A stretch of 37,727 nucleotides of DNA from Candidatus Eiseniibacteriota bacterium (GTDB taxonomy: Bacteria; Eisenbacteria; RBG-16-71-46; SZUA-252), in NCBI GenBank assembly GCA_031370645.1, contig JANMQV010000022.1, positions 1 to 37,727 on the forward strand, read 5' to 3'. A program made the position numbers and the translations under genes. The first letter of the stretch is position 1; each line of letters opens with the position of its first letter. Positions 26,930 to 36,133 of this stretch are shown one piece after another. Below the pieces are notes generated by a model. The model was not told where the DNA came from. It saw only the letters and a program-made list of their open reading frames with translations, and made no database searches.

Positions 26930-27535
26930 TCATTGGACGGCCACGATGGTCTTGCCGCGGTCATTCCAGACATGGATGACAGGCTCGGTGAGATCGTGAT
27001 CGTATCCAAGAACGCTCAAGGACGCCGTGGCAAGGAGCAGGCGAGAACCTTCGATCGGCGCCAGCCCGATCCAACGAATGGCCAGAACGCGCAGGATGTC
27101 ACGATGACCAAAGACGAGCACGTTGCCGCCGCCCGCGCGAATGCGGCCGACAACACGGTCAGCACGCGCACCCACGGCATCGCTCGTTTCGCCGCCGGGG
27201 CTGCCGTCGCGGAGAAGGCGCCAGCCGGGGCGCTCCGCTCGGATATCGACGGTGCGTCTACCTTCGTAGGCGCCGTAATCCCACTCCTTCAGATCATCGT
27301 CCGCTTCGACCACAGAGCCCGGCATCGCGAGCTCGGCAGTGCGGCGGGCGCGCTGCAGCGGACTTGACAGAATGTGATCGAAATGGAGGCGGGTGAGGCG
27401 CGCCCCGACCTCGCCCGCGTGGCGTTCGCCTTGCTCGCTCAGCGGAAGATCGGTACGGCCGGTATGCTGTCCCGTCATCGTCCACGCGGTATCGCCGTGG
27501 CGCACGAGGCAGATTATCGGCAGCGCCTGGCTCAT
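26930..27535 (-). CDS. Histidine phosphatase (phosphoglycerate mutase-like) family protein
   Basis: LVRHG.T.W, HTGRTDLPL, SSPLQRARRT, EWDYG.YEG, GH. Confidence 0.93.
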   Translation of the reverse strand: MSQALPIICLVRHGDTAWTMTGQHTGRTDLPLSEQGERHAGEVGARLTRLHFDHILSSPLQRARRTAELAMPGSVVEADDDLKEWDYGAYEGRRTVDIRAERPGWRLLRDGSPGGETSDAVGARADRVVGRIRAGGGNVLVFGHRDILRVLAIRWIGLAPIEGSRLLLATASLSVLGYDHDLTEPVIHVWNDRGKTIVAVQ

Positions 27536-27942
27536 CTTGTTGCGCCGCTTGCGGCTCGTTGTGCGCCCCAGCGCCAGTCGCGTATTTCCGGCATGTCCTG
27601 GCCGTATTGCTCGATGTACCGCCTATGCTCGGTCAGCTTGTCCTTCAGCTCGCGCTTCAGGGCGATGCCCTTCTCGCCGGTCTGCGGCAGACGATCGACC
27701 ACGTCAGTCACCCCGTGCGGGTGCTCCGATGGCGGTTGGAGCCTCATGAGATCGATGGTGTTGACCACCCGAATGTTCAGGTCTGGCAGATGCTCGCGCA
27801 TGATCGAAACGGCGGCGAGCGTCTCCAATGTAGGTACGTCGCCGCAGCAGGCCATCACCACGTCTGGTGCCCCGCCCTCGTCGTTGCTGGCCCACCGCCA
27901 GATGCCTACAACTTCGATGCAGTGCTTCATGGCGGCATCCAG
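27532..27942 (-). pseudogene. xfp: Phosphoketolase C-terminal remnant with internal deletion (in frame with the upstream membrane gene)
   Basis: GIW.WASND..PDVVMACCGDVPTLETLAAV...RVVN..DLM.LQ...EHPHG is joined directly to DVVDRLP...EH..YI...GQDMPEIRDW.W. Confidence 0.9.
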
Positions 27943-28680
27943 CCGTGACGAAGCCGTTGAACCGGCCTCAATCGGGGGGAGAGAGGACACCTTCGTGGAC
28001 GTGGACCACGTCAGGTGCTCGTAGACGGCGGACCAGTACGCACCGAAGGCCGCCGCGAACAGCAGCTCCTCGACAGGCAGGCCAGCCACCAAGAGCCCGG
28101 AGAGTGCGGAAAGGTTCCAGACTCGTCCAATGTAGCCGGGGACGGTCGTTTCAAGGCCGAGCAGAAGGACGGTGTAGAACGCGACGAAGAGGGCGGCGCC
28201 CACCCACGATCTCGCTCTCAAGTCGGGCCGGCAGGCAATCGCCGCGAGCGAACCTGTTCCCATCGCCACGATCGCCGCGTAAATTGGATTCCATCGTAAG
28301 AAGAATAGCGGGAGGAAAACGAGTACCGGCACCACCAGTGCGATCCGGTGGAGGCGGTGGCGACGGTGGTCATGCTCCTCCGCCGGCAGTCGCATGGTCA
28401 CGCGGCGGGTGAGCACGTCGTAGAGCACGAGGCCCACGCCCCCAATGGCGAAGCTGAAAATCAGGCTTTCGATATCGAACCCCGTGCGCTGAGCGAGCTC
28501 GAACAAACTGGGCGGGGACCAGTAGGCGGGCACGAACAGCGGCTCGGTCAGCCCGAACGGCATCGTGAGCAAGCTCGCCCGAAGCATGATCCGCCGCCGG
28601 GCGGGAACGCCCCAGTAGAGAGCGAGCCACGGAAGGAGGAACCCGCTCGACCAGACCAGCCACACGTAGTGATCGCGCAT
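27532..28680 (-). CDS. Lycopene-cyclase-domain-like membrane protein carrying a fused Xfp tail
   Basis: Hydrophobic N-terminal ~230 aa with TEPLFVP.YW.PPS, DIES.IF, WN and LPVEELLFA motifs; SD GGAGAGG; open frame continues through the xfp remnant. Confidence 0.75.
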   Translation of the reverse strand: MRDHYVWLVWSSGFLLPWLALYWGVPARRRIMLRASLLTMPFGLTEPLFVPAYWSPPSLFELAQRTGFDIESLIFSFAIGGVGLVLYDVLTRRVTMRLPAEEHDHRRHRLHRIALVVPVLVFLPLFFLRWNPIYAAIVAMGTGSLAAIACRPDLRARSWVGAALFVAFYTVLLLGLETTVPGYIGRVWNLSALSGLLVAGLPVEELLFAAAFGAYWSAVYEHLTWSTSTKVSSLPPIEAGSTASSRLDAAMKHCIEVVGIWRWASNDEGGAPDVVMACCGDVPTLETLAAVSIMREHLPDLNIRVVNTIDLMRLQPPSEHPHGVTDVVDRLPQTGEKGIALKRELKDKLTEHRRYIEQYGQDMPEIRDWRWGAQRAASGATR

Positions 28681-28707
28681 CGTCGGACCCTCTCCGCTTG
28701 CCGCCTT

Positions 28708-28854
28708 CTACCGGCTTTCGGTATTCATTCGGCTTGCGGGAGCGCTCGTGCGCGGCTCGAGCGTCATCCCGCACTTGGGACAAACGCCCGGACCTTTCTG
28801 GCGAACTTCAGGATGCATCGGACAGGTGTAGATCGCTTCTGCCTTGGCTTCCAT
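28708..28854 (-). CDS. Stand-alone heavy-metal-binding domain mini-protein (48 aa)
   Basis: [24 protein letters not shown] motif; SD GGGAGG 6 nt before ATG 28854. Confidence 0.85.
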   Translation of the reverse strand: MEAKAEAIYTCPMHPEVRQKGPGVCPKCGMTLEPRTSAPASRMNTESR

Positions 28855-28909
28855 GGTCATCCTCCCGAACCCGAATCGGCAAGCCGTTATCGGACCGACT
28901 CCCACACAC

Positions 28910-29413
28910 TCACCGCCCGTCGGTCATCGCCTTCAGAGCCACGAGCGTCTTTTCGAGCCTTGCGTGCTCCGCCTGGGTGCCGTCCAGGTTGCCCGCATCT
29001 CCGAGCTCGTCGAGCTTCGTCGCGGACGCCTTCACTTGGTCGACCATGCCGTTGATTTGAGGAGCCCTAGCCGGCGAAGCCGCGTTCGCTTTGTCCGCCA
29101 GCGCGACGGTAAGATCGCGGATCCCAAAGGCGATAAGGTGAACGCCCTTCAGTTCGCCGTTCTGGATCGCGGCGGACAGCCTGGCCTGCTCGTTACCGAT
29201 CTGCGCCCAGATCTCCCCGATCGTGGCCGCCGGAACCACGCCGGCGGAGGCGGCGCCTTCTTCGGCTTCACCAGCCGGTGTGGCGGCCGGGGGGGTGCCC
29301 TGGGTTGACGCCGCGGGCGTCTCGGACTGGCTTCCCTTCGACGAACATCCCATGATGACGAGAACACCGGCGACGACCGCGAATAGGCTCCACCGCTTCG
29401 CGAACTGATTCAT
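28910..29413 (-). CDS. Putative lipoprotein, helical bundle, efflux-operon associated
   Basis: Start re-called at ATG 29413 (SD GGGAG). Signal with IMG-C lipobox-like site, Ala/Pro linker, then a helical domain ([11 protein letters not shown]...LDELGDAG). Confidence 0.75.
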   Translation of the reverse strand: MNQFAKRWSLFAVVAGVLVIMGCSSKGSQSETPAASTQGTPPAATPAGEAEEGAASAGVVPAATIGEIWAQIGNEQARLSAAIQNGELKGVHLIAFGIRDLTVALADKANAASPARAPQINGMVDQVKASATKLDELGDAGNLDGTQAEHARLEKTLVALKAMTDGR

Positions 29414-29472
29414 TCTGCACTCCCTTCTTTGGGGTTGTACTGCGATGACCGGCTCGCGTTTCGAGCGCGGTC

Positions 29473-32400
29473 TCACGACTCCTCCGAACTACTAGCCAAG
29501 TATTTCTCCGCCGACTTCCGCCCGAAGCGATAGAAGACCGCCGGCGTGACGATCGTGTTGAGCAATGTCGAACTGACGAGGCCGCCCACGATGACGGTCG
29601 CGACCGGATAGAGTATTTCCTTGCCCGATTCGCCCTTCGACATGATGAGCGGGATGAGCGCCATCCCGGCGGTGAGGGCCGTCATCATGACCGGCACCAA
29701 GCGCTCAAGCGAGCCTCGGACAACCATTTTGGCGTCGAATACCTCCCCCTCTTCCTTCATCAAGTGCAGGTAGTGGGAAATCATCATGATGGTGTTACGC
29801 GAGGCGATGCCGGTCAGAGTGATGAAGCCGACCATCGAGGCTACCGAAAGCGTGCCGCCGGTCAAGAAAATCGCCACCACGCTGCCAATCAGCGCGAGCG
29901 GTATGTTGAGCAAGATCTGGAGCACGATCGCCACCTGACGGAAGTGGGCGTACAGCACGAGGAACATCGCCGCCAGCGAGAAAAGGCTGAGGATCCCGAT
30001 TAACCGGGTCGCCGACTGCTGGCTCTCGAACTGTCCTCCATAGGTGATGAAATAGCCGGTTGGAAGCGTGACCTTGGCGCCCACCGCCTTCTGAATTTCT
30101 TCGACGACTCGGCCCAAGTCTCTCCCGCTGACGTTCGCCGAGACCACGATGCGGCGCTGCACGTTCTCGTGCTGGATGACGTTGGGGCCGCGCGACTCTT
30201 CGACGGCCGCGATCGCGGCGAGCGGTACTTTCGCCCCGGACGGCGTGTCGATGAGGGCGTTTCGAATCGCCTCCAGGCTCCCTCGCGATTCATCGTCGAA
30301 TCGGACCACGAGGTCGAACGTCCGCTGGCCCTCGAGGACCTGCGACACGACGCGGCCGTTCAGCGCCGTCTCCAGCGCCCGGTTCAGCGTGCCGACATTG
30401 AGGCCGTACCGGGCGAGGGCGACGCGGTCGCCCTCAATGCGGATCTGTGGCACCAGCACCTGTTTCTCGGTCTGCAGGTCGACCACGCCCGGCACGGTTC
30501 CCATGGCCGCTTGAATCTCGGATGCCTTGGCGCGCAATTGATCGAGGTCGCTCCCGAATAGCTTGACCGCGATCTGCGCCCGGACCCCCGAGAGCAGGTG
30601 GTCGAGACGGTGAGAGATCGGCTGGCCGATGTTGACGAACACGCCCGGAATCTCGGCCATCCGTGCGCGAATCTCGCCCAACACCACCTCGCGGCTCCGT
30701 TTCGAAGGCCGGAAATCGACATCGATCTCCGTATAGTGGACACCCTCGGCGTGTTCATCGAGTTCGGCGCGTCCCGTGCGCCGGCCGGTTGAGATGACCT
30801 CCGGAACCCGGAGGAGCTGCTGCTCGGCGATGGTGCCGATCCGATTCGATTCGCTCAGGGACGTCCCGGGAGCTGCGACGACGTTGACGGTCGCCGTGCC
30901 CTCGTTGAACGGCGGCAGGAACTCCCGGCCCATCAGGGGGACCAACGCCCCCGCGGCCAGAACGAGCGCGACGGCTCCGCCGATGACGAAATTCGGGTGC
31001 GGTAGCGTGACGTCGAGAAGCCGCCGGTCCCACTGCTTCAGGTGCCGAACGACGAACGAGTCCTTTTCCGCAGCCATGACCTTGGCGCGCGGGAGGAGAT
31101 AGAGACAGAGCGCCGGCGATATCGTGAGGGAAACCACGAACGAGGCGAGGATCGAGACGATGTAGGCGACGCCCAGCGGCGCGAAGAGCCGGCCCTCGAT
31201 ACCGCTCAGGGCGAAGAGCGGCATGAAGACGAGCACGACCAGGATCGTGGCGTAGACGATGGAGTTCCGGACTTCGGACGACGCCCGATAGACCACTTCG
31301 AGCGCCGGGCGCGGTACCGCGGCATGGCGATTTTCCCGCAGGCGGCGAAATACGTTCTCGACGTTCACGATCGCGTCGTCCACCAGCTCGCCGATCGCGA
31401 TCGCGAGACCGCCGAGGGTCATGGTGTTGATCGAGATATTGAAAAGTCGGAACACGACCGCGGCCGTGACGAAGGAGAGCGGGATCGCGGTCAGCGTGAT
31501 CGCGGTCGTCCGGAAGTTGAGCAAAAAGAGGAACAGAACGATCAGCACGAGAATGGCGCCGTCTCGGAGCGCCTCCTCGACGTTTCGAATCGAGGCTTCG
31601 ATGAAATTGGCCTGCTGGAACAGAGGACGCATTCGCACATCCTTCGGCAGCGACGGTCGAAGTTCCTCCAGCGATGCCTCGATCCGCCGGGTCAAATCGA
31701 TCGTGCTGGCGCCCGGCTGCTTTTGGATCGAAAGGATTACCGATGGCTTCCCATCCACGCTGCCATCGCCCCGCTTGACCAGCGCTCCAACACCGACGCT
31801 TCCAACCTGCTTGAGGAGCACCGGCACGCCGTTTCGGGTCGCGACGACGGTGTTAAGAAGCTGCTCGGGGTTCCGCAGGCGGCCCACGTTTCGAATTAAA
31901 TACTCCTGCGACTGGGCTTCGAGGTATCCGCCGGTGCTGTTTTCGTTACTGGACGCCACCGCCTTCTCGACATCTTCGAGCGACAGCCCCAGCGCCGCCA
32001 GGCGCTGGGGGTTGACGCGCACCTGGTACTGTTTCACGCCGCCGCCGATCGGAATCACCTGCGAGACTCCCGGAATGGTCAGGAGCCGCTGACGCACGAC
32101 CCAGTCCGCGAGCGTGCGCATCTCCATCGGCGACGTGGCGCCGTTCGAACTCTCCAGCCCGAGGAGCATGATCTCGCCCATGATCGAAGAGACCGGCCCC
32201 ATCGCTGGAGCAACGCCCTGCGGCAGATGTTCGGCCGCGAGTTGGAGCTTTTCGCCCACCAACTGGCGGTCGCGGTAAATGTCCGTGCCCCAGGCAAACT
32301 CGACGGTCACGACCGAGAGACCGATCCCCGACGTCGATCGCACGCGCTCGACGCCGGGCGCGCCGTTCAGGGTCGTCTCGATCGGCAGGCTGACGAGCGT

Positions 32401-32586
32401 TTCGACCTCCTCCGGCGCCAGCCCCGGCGACTCGCTGAGGATCGTCACGGTCGGGCGGTTGAGGTCGGGAAATACGTCCACGGGAAGCTGAAAGATGACC
32501 GCCATGCCGTAAATGAGCAGCAGCACGGCCGCCGCCACGACGAATAGCCTGTTTCTCAGCGCGAACAAAATGATTCGATCGAACAT
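29473..32586 (-). CDS. CusA/CzcA-family heavy-metal efflux RND permease
   Basis: 1037 aa. PVDVFPDL, PEEVE.LVS.PIE, NTMTLGGLAIAIGELVDDAIV, EGRLFAPL, EFLPPFNEG, ERLVPVMMTAL. Confidence 0.96.
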   Translation of the reverse strand: MFDRIILFALRNRLFVVAAAVLLLIYGMAVIFQLPVDVFPDLNRPTVTILSESPGLAPEEVETLVSLPIETTLNGAPGVERVRSTSGIGLSVVTVEFAWGTDIYRDRQLVGEKLQLAAEHLPQGVAPAMGPVSSIMGEIMLLGLESSNGATSPMEMRTLADWVVRQRLLTIPGVSQVIPIGGGVKQYQVRVNPQRLAALGLSLEDVEKAVASSNENSTGGYLEAQSQEYLIRNVGRLRNPEQLLNTVVATRNGVPVLLKQVGSVGVGALVKRGDGSVDGKPSVILSIQKQPGASTIDLTRRIEASLEELRPSLPKDVRMRPLFQQANFIEASIRNVEEALRDGAILVLIVLFLFLLNFRTTAITLTAIPLSFVTAAVVFRLFNISINTMTLGGLAIAIGELVDDAIVNVENVFRRLRENRHAAVPRPALEVVYRASSEVRNSIVYATILVVLVFMPLFALSGIEGRLFAPLGVAYIVSILASFVVSLTISPALCLYLLPRAKVMAAEKDSFVVRHLKQWDRRLLDVTLPHPNFVIGGAVALVLAAGALVPLMGREFLPPFNEGTATVNVVAAPGTSLSESNRIGTIAEQQLLRVPEVISTGRRTGRAELDEHAEGVHYTEIDVDFRPSKRSREVVLGEIRARMAEIPGVFVNIGQPISHRLDHLLSGVRAQIAVKLFGSDLDQLRAKASEIQAAMGTVPGVVDLQTEKQVLVPQIRIEGDRVALARYGLNVGTLNRALETALNGRVVSQVLEGQRTFDLVVRFDDESRGSLEAIRNALIDTPSGAKVPLAAIAAVEESRGPNVIQHENVQRRIVVSANVSGRDLGRVVEEIQKAVGAKVTLPTGYFITYGGQFESQQSATRLIGILSLFSLAAMFLVLYAHFRQVAIVLQILLNIPLALIGSVVAIFLTGGTLSVASMVGFITLTGIASRNTIMMISHYLHLMKEEGEVFDAKMVVRGSLERLVPVMMTALTAGMALIPLIMSKGESGKEILYPVATVIVGGLVSSTLLNTIVTPAVFYRFGRKSAEKYLASSSEES

Positions 32587-32598
32587 GGCCGCGCCTCG

Positions 32599-34089
32599 TC
32601 AGTTTCCGACGCCGACGACCGGCGCCGTGAGCAAGGGATAGCCGCCCGTGACGACCACACGATCGCCCGGATTCACTTCGCCGGTGACCGCCACCCGTGC
32701 GCCGAGGCTGGTTCCCAAAATCACCTCGCGCGCGGTGAAGCGCTCCGGGGCGGTGTGGACAAAGACGAGCTTCCGTCCCTCCTTCTCGAACACCGCGCTC
32801 CGGGGGACGACGAGCGACGATTCCACCCCCCCCTGTTCGATGCCGACGTCGACCAGCGCCCCGATCCTCAAACGGCCGCCGGCATTCGGCACTTCGAACC
32901 AGGCTTCGATGGCGCCCGGAACCTCACCCTGTGTCACTCCCAGCGCGACCCGCCGCCCCGTCAACGCGAGATCCGGCATGCTCTCCGTCGAAATGACGGC
33001 ACGGGTCGAGCGCTGCACGCTCGCGATGTCAGCCTCGTAGACGTCGGCATGCACCCAGACGACGGACGGGTCGAGCAGGGTCATGATCTTTTGCCCCGCT
33101 TCAACGAGCTGGCCGTTCACCACGAAGACGCCGGTCAGGACACCCGTCAGCGGGGCGCGCAGAACGAGATCGTCGACGACGGTGAGGCGTGCAACCGGCG
33201 CACCCCTGGTCACGCTCTGCCCCATCATCGGCGCTCGCGCATTGGCGAAAAAGATTCGACCCGACTGGGGCGCCACGATTTCGATCTCGCCACCACCTCG
33301 GGGAGCGACACGCCCGAGCACACGGAGTCGACTCTGTACCGGCTCACGCCGCAGCGGCGCGGTGATGACACCCAGCAGGAACTGCGACTCCTTGGCGACG
33401 TAGACTTGCGCCCCCGGGCCGACCGGCGCACCGGATGCGGCCGGGGCGTTGTCATGGCCTTCGTGAGCCGTCGCCCGAGGCGCGAGGACGAGAACAATCA
33501 GCAGGAGCGCCCGCGCCGCCGTGGCTCGGCGCCGGACCATCAAGAGCGATGCGCCAAGGAGCGCCACGAGGCCGCCCAGCAGCCACATCCAAAGGGGTCC
33601 GGTTGGCGCGGGGCCGGCGGCGGTGGCGAGGCGTTCCCGACTCACTTGGAGTCCCGCCAGGGCGAAGCGCCCCTCTCCTCCCGGGCCGGCGATGGTCAAC
33701 AGGACCGTGTAGGAACCCGTATCCGCCGGCGCCTGAAAGGGAAGCTGGTAGACGCCCGCTCGCTTCGTCGCGATACCCGTGCCCGTCGAGAGTTCCCGAC
33801 CTCCGGAACGAAGACTCCACGAGACCGTGGCGTGGGCGCTCGAAACATTCGTCTGAAAATCGCTGACGTAAATATCCAGCGCCGACTTGATTCCCGGCCG
33901 CAACGGGTCGCTCTTGAGCACGACTTCATAGCGGTCCGACACAGCCGTGAGAACTTGCCGGCTCGGGATCGCCGCGTCGCTCGCCCCGGGCGCGGCATCG
34001 CTCCCCGCGCGCGCCGCGACCCGCGGCGCCGTGCCGCCGACAAGCAGAAGCACCAGAAACGGAGTCAACAGCCGCGCCAAGCGGATCAT
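32599..34089 (-). CDS. RND periplasmic adaptor subunit with extra N-terminal domain and internal TM segments
   Basis: Start re-called at ATG 34089 (ATGA overlap with tolC). Lipoyl halves (APQSGRI...GQSVTRG; RAPLTG...GQLVEAG), VWVHADVYE, VPRSAV, GDRVVVTG. Confidence 0.9.
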   Translation of the reverse strand: MIRLARLLTPFLVLLLVGGTAPRVAARAGSDAAPGASDAAIPSRQVLTAVSDRYEVVLKSDPLRPGIKSALDIYVSDFQTNVSSAHATVSWSLRSGGRELSTGTGIATKRAGVYQLPFQAPADTGSYTVLLTIAGPGGEGRFALAGLQVSRERLATAAGPAPTGPLWMWLLGGLVALLGASLLMVRRRATAARALLLIVLVLAPRATAHEGHDNAPAASGAPVGPGAQVYVAKESQFLLGVITAPLRREPVQSRLRVLGRVAPRGGGEIEIVAPQSGRIFFANARAPMMGQSVTRGAPVARLTVVDDLVLRAPLTGVLTGVFVVNGQLVEAGQKIMTLLDPSVVWVHADVYEADIASVQRSTRAVISTESMPDLALTGRRVALGVTQGEVPGAIEAWFEVPNAGGRLRIGALVDVGIEQGGVESSLVVPRSAVFEKEGRKLVFVHTAPERFTAREVILGTSLGARVAVTGEVNPGDRVVVTGGYPLLTAPVVGVGN

Positions 34090-35486
34090 CGGGCGCTTCC
34101 CCCTTCGAGACGAGCGAGATCGACTCCGACACTGGATTCCAGGTCGCTGCGGGCGTCCCAGTAGGCTTCCCCCGCTTCGAGTTGTCCGAGGAGCGTTTCC
34201 ACAAGTCGCCCTTTCTGCGTGAGATAAGAGTCGAGCGAGATGCGCCCGTCGGCGTAAGCATCTCGGATCAGAACGAGGTCCTGCCGCGTGCGAGAGGACC
34301 GCGCGAGATAGAGTCGGTAGATGCCGGTAGCGTCCTGAAATCGCCGTAACCGGCCCTGAACTTCCATTTGGGTTCGCAGGCGAAAGCGGGCGTACTCGGC
34401 CTCGCGTCGCAGGACCTCCGCGGAAGCACGGGCTCGGCCCGCTTGATTCCTCTGCCAAAGCGGAAGCGGCGCGCTGAACCGAATGTTCCAAAGTTTGTCG
34501 GTGGATTGGACTCCCCCGATCCCCCCGACGATCGCGGGCTCGCCGGTGAAGTCGTCGGCCGAGAATGAACGACGCTCGCGCGTCAGGCCCGCCCCCACGG
34601 TCAGGTTGGGCCGGGCTTCGCGATCCGCCAGCGCGAGTTCCGCCCGTCCTTCCGCGATCCGGCGGCGGAGAACCTCTCCCGTTCCCCGCACGCGCAGCGC
34701 GACGACGACGACCGAGTCCTCCGGCGCCCGGAGCGTGTCCGCCTGAATGTCTCCGCTCAGCAGCGTCGACTCCGGCAGATCCCGCCCCATGGCGAGCCCG
34801 AGGGCGACGATCGCTTGGCGGAGTCCGGCGCGCGCGCGGAACACTTGGACTTCCAACCGAAGAAGGTCCAGTTCCGTCAACCGGCCCGTGACGGGTGTCA
34901 TGGAGCCGTCGCGCACTCGCGCCTGCGTCGCCACGACGACCCGGCGATCGAGCCCGGCCAACTCATCAACGATTTGCAATCGATCCTGAAGGAAGAGCGT
35001 GTGAGCGAAACGGGCGCGGACGTCGAATTCGATTTCCTGCAACGCGGCTCCCCACTCGGCCGCGCTGGCTTGCGAACGCGCGGTCGCAACCGCCTGCCTT
35101 GCCCCTCGCTTGCCCCATAATTCCAGTTCCTGGCTGATCCCCAGTTCGATCGAGCCCTCGCTGCCCGATCCCAGCGAGCCCCCGCCCCGCGCGGCCCGAA
35201 CCTCCAATTCCGGGTTGAAGGAGGGAACCTTCGCGAACATGGATTCGGCGCGTGCCACGGAGAGATTCGCCTCCGCAATCGGCAAATCGGGATGGCTCCG
35301 GCGCGCGATCTCGATCGCCGACGACAGTGTCAGCGGGCGAGGGATCGCAGACGACCCGCTGGCCGACAGCTCCGGCCCCGCCGCATCGGGGGGGCGAGAC
35401 TGAGCCCCGGAATCATTCGGAAGTGCGGCCATGAGGAGTGTCGTGCATGCGATCGCCCAGAGGCGATCTCTCAGCCGAAATACCAT
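34086..35486 (-). CDS. TolC-family outer membrane efflux protein (CzcC-like)
   Basis: LTLSSAIEIA...HPDL, NPEL, SQELELWGKR..R, PLPLWQRNQ, AY..G.IS; first structural gene of the RND operon. Confidence 0.92.
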   Translation of the reverse strand: MVFRLRDRLWAIACTTLLMAALPNDSGAQSRPPDAAGPELSASGSSAIPRPLTLSSAIEIARRSHPDLPIAEANLSVARAESMFAKVPSFNPELEVRAARGGGSLGSGSEGSIELGISQELELWGKRGARQAVATARSQASAAEWGAALQEIEFDVRARFAHTLFLQDRLQIVDELAGLDRRVVVATQARVRDGSMTPVTGRLTELDLLRLEVQVFRARAGLRQAIVALGLAMGRDLPESTLLSGDIQADTLRAPEDSVVVVALRVRGTGEVLRRRIAEGRAELALADREARPNLTVGAGLTRERRSFSADDFTGEPAIVGGIGGVQSTDKLWNIRFSAPLPLWQRNQAGRARASAEVLRREAEYARFRLRTQMEVQGRLRRFQDATGIYRLYLARSSRTRQDLVLIRDAYADGRISLDSYLTQKGRLVETLLGQLEAGEAYWDARSDLESSVGVDLARLEGGSAR

Positions 35487-35587
35487 TCCGTTCCCACCTT
35501 TCCGTCAGGTCGACAGGCGGCCTGACATGCATCCCGCGCACCATCGCAACGGCGCGCGCGCTTCCACTGAAGGAGGAGGCTAGGAAG

Positions 35588-36010
35588 CTAGGCGGAGTAC
35601 GGCGGACTGCGGGGAGATTGCGGAGCAACTGATGGACCGGGTGGAGAAGCCGACCGTGAGTCCGACGCGATTCCACGGAACACGCTGCTCACGTCGAGTG
35701 CGCGAGCTGGAGGGGTGGATATCGCGAGAAGCACGTAGGTGGATGCCGGGGCGGCCAGCGAGGGGATTGGTGGTGCCGTTGCGGCGGGGAGCTCAATGCA
35801 AGCGCAGCCGCAATCGTCCTTCGGCGAGACGGGAACGTGCGCCGGCGAGGACTCAGGATGAACGTGGTGTTCATCCACGGCATGGTGATCGCCTTCTACC
35901 GTGACGGTCGAATCATGGTCCGGCATGCTCGCGCACTGCCCCTGCTCAAACGGCAGCAGGACCGCGACGAGAAGCGCAAACACGACGCGAAGCCTCAACA
36001 AGAACTTCAT
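35588..36010 (-). CDS. DUF2946/CruR-like His/Cys-rich leader protein ending in RSPP
   Basis: ATG 36010 with SD GAGGTG. Hydrophobic N-terminus, DHHAVDEHHVH, CGCAC, Pro-rich tail PQSPRSPPYSA*. Confidence 0.75.
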   Translation of the reverse strand: MKFLLRLRVVFALLVAVLLPFEQGQCASMPDHDSTVTVEGDHHAVDEHHVHPESSPAHVPVSPKDDCGCACIELPAATAPPIPSLAAPASTYVLLAISTPPARALDVSSVFRGIASDSRSASPPGPSVAPQSPRSPPYSA

Positions 36011-36133
36011 CCGATCGACACCTCGTGCACTCACAATTTCGAGGATCAGTTCAAGCCCGTCCGCCTGTCAACTACCTTGTTTACACCTAGCGCTGTCGCC
36101 AGTTCCCAAGAGCCAAGGCATCCTCTTGCGCTC

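Noticed and set aside
36030-36071. TTGACA upstream of the leader ORF and a lac-operator-like AATTGTGAG
   Set aside because: The -10 at 17-18 bp is poor (TGATCC/GATCCT), and the lac-like half-site has no partner. It may be a real promoter but cannot be supported.
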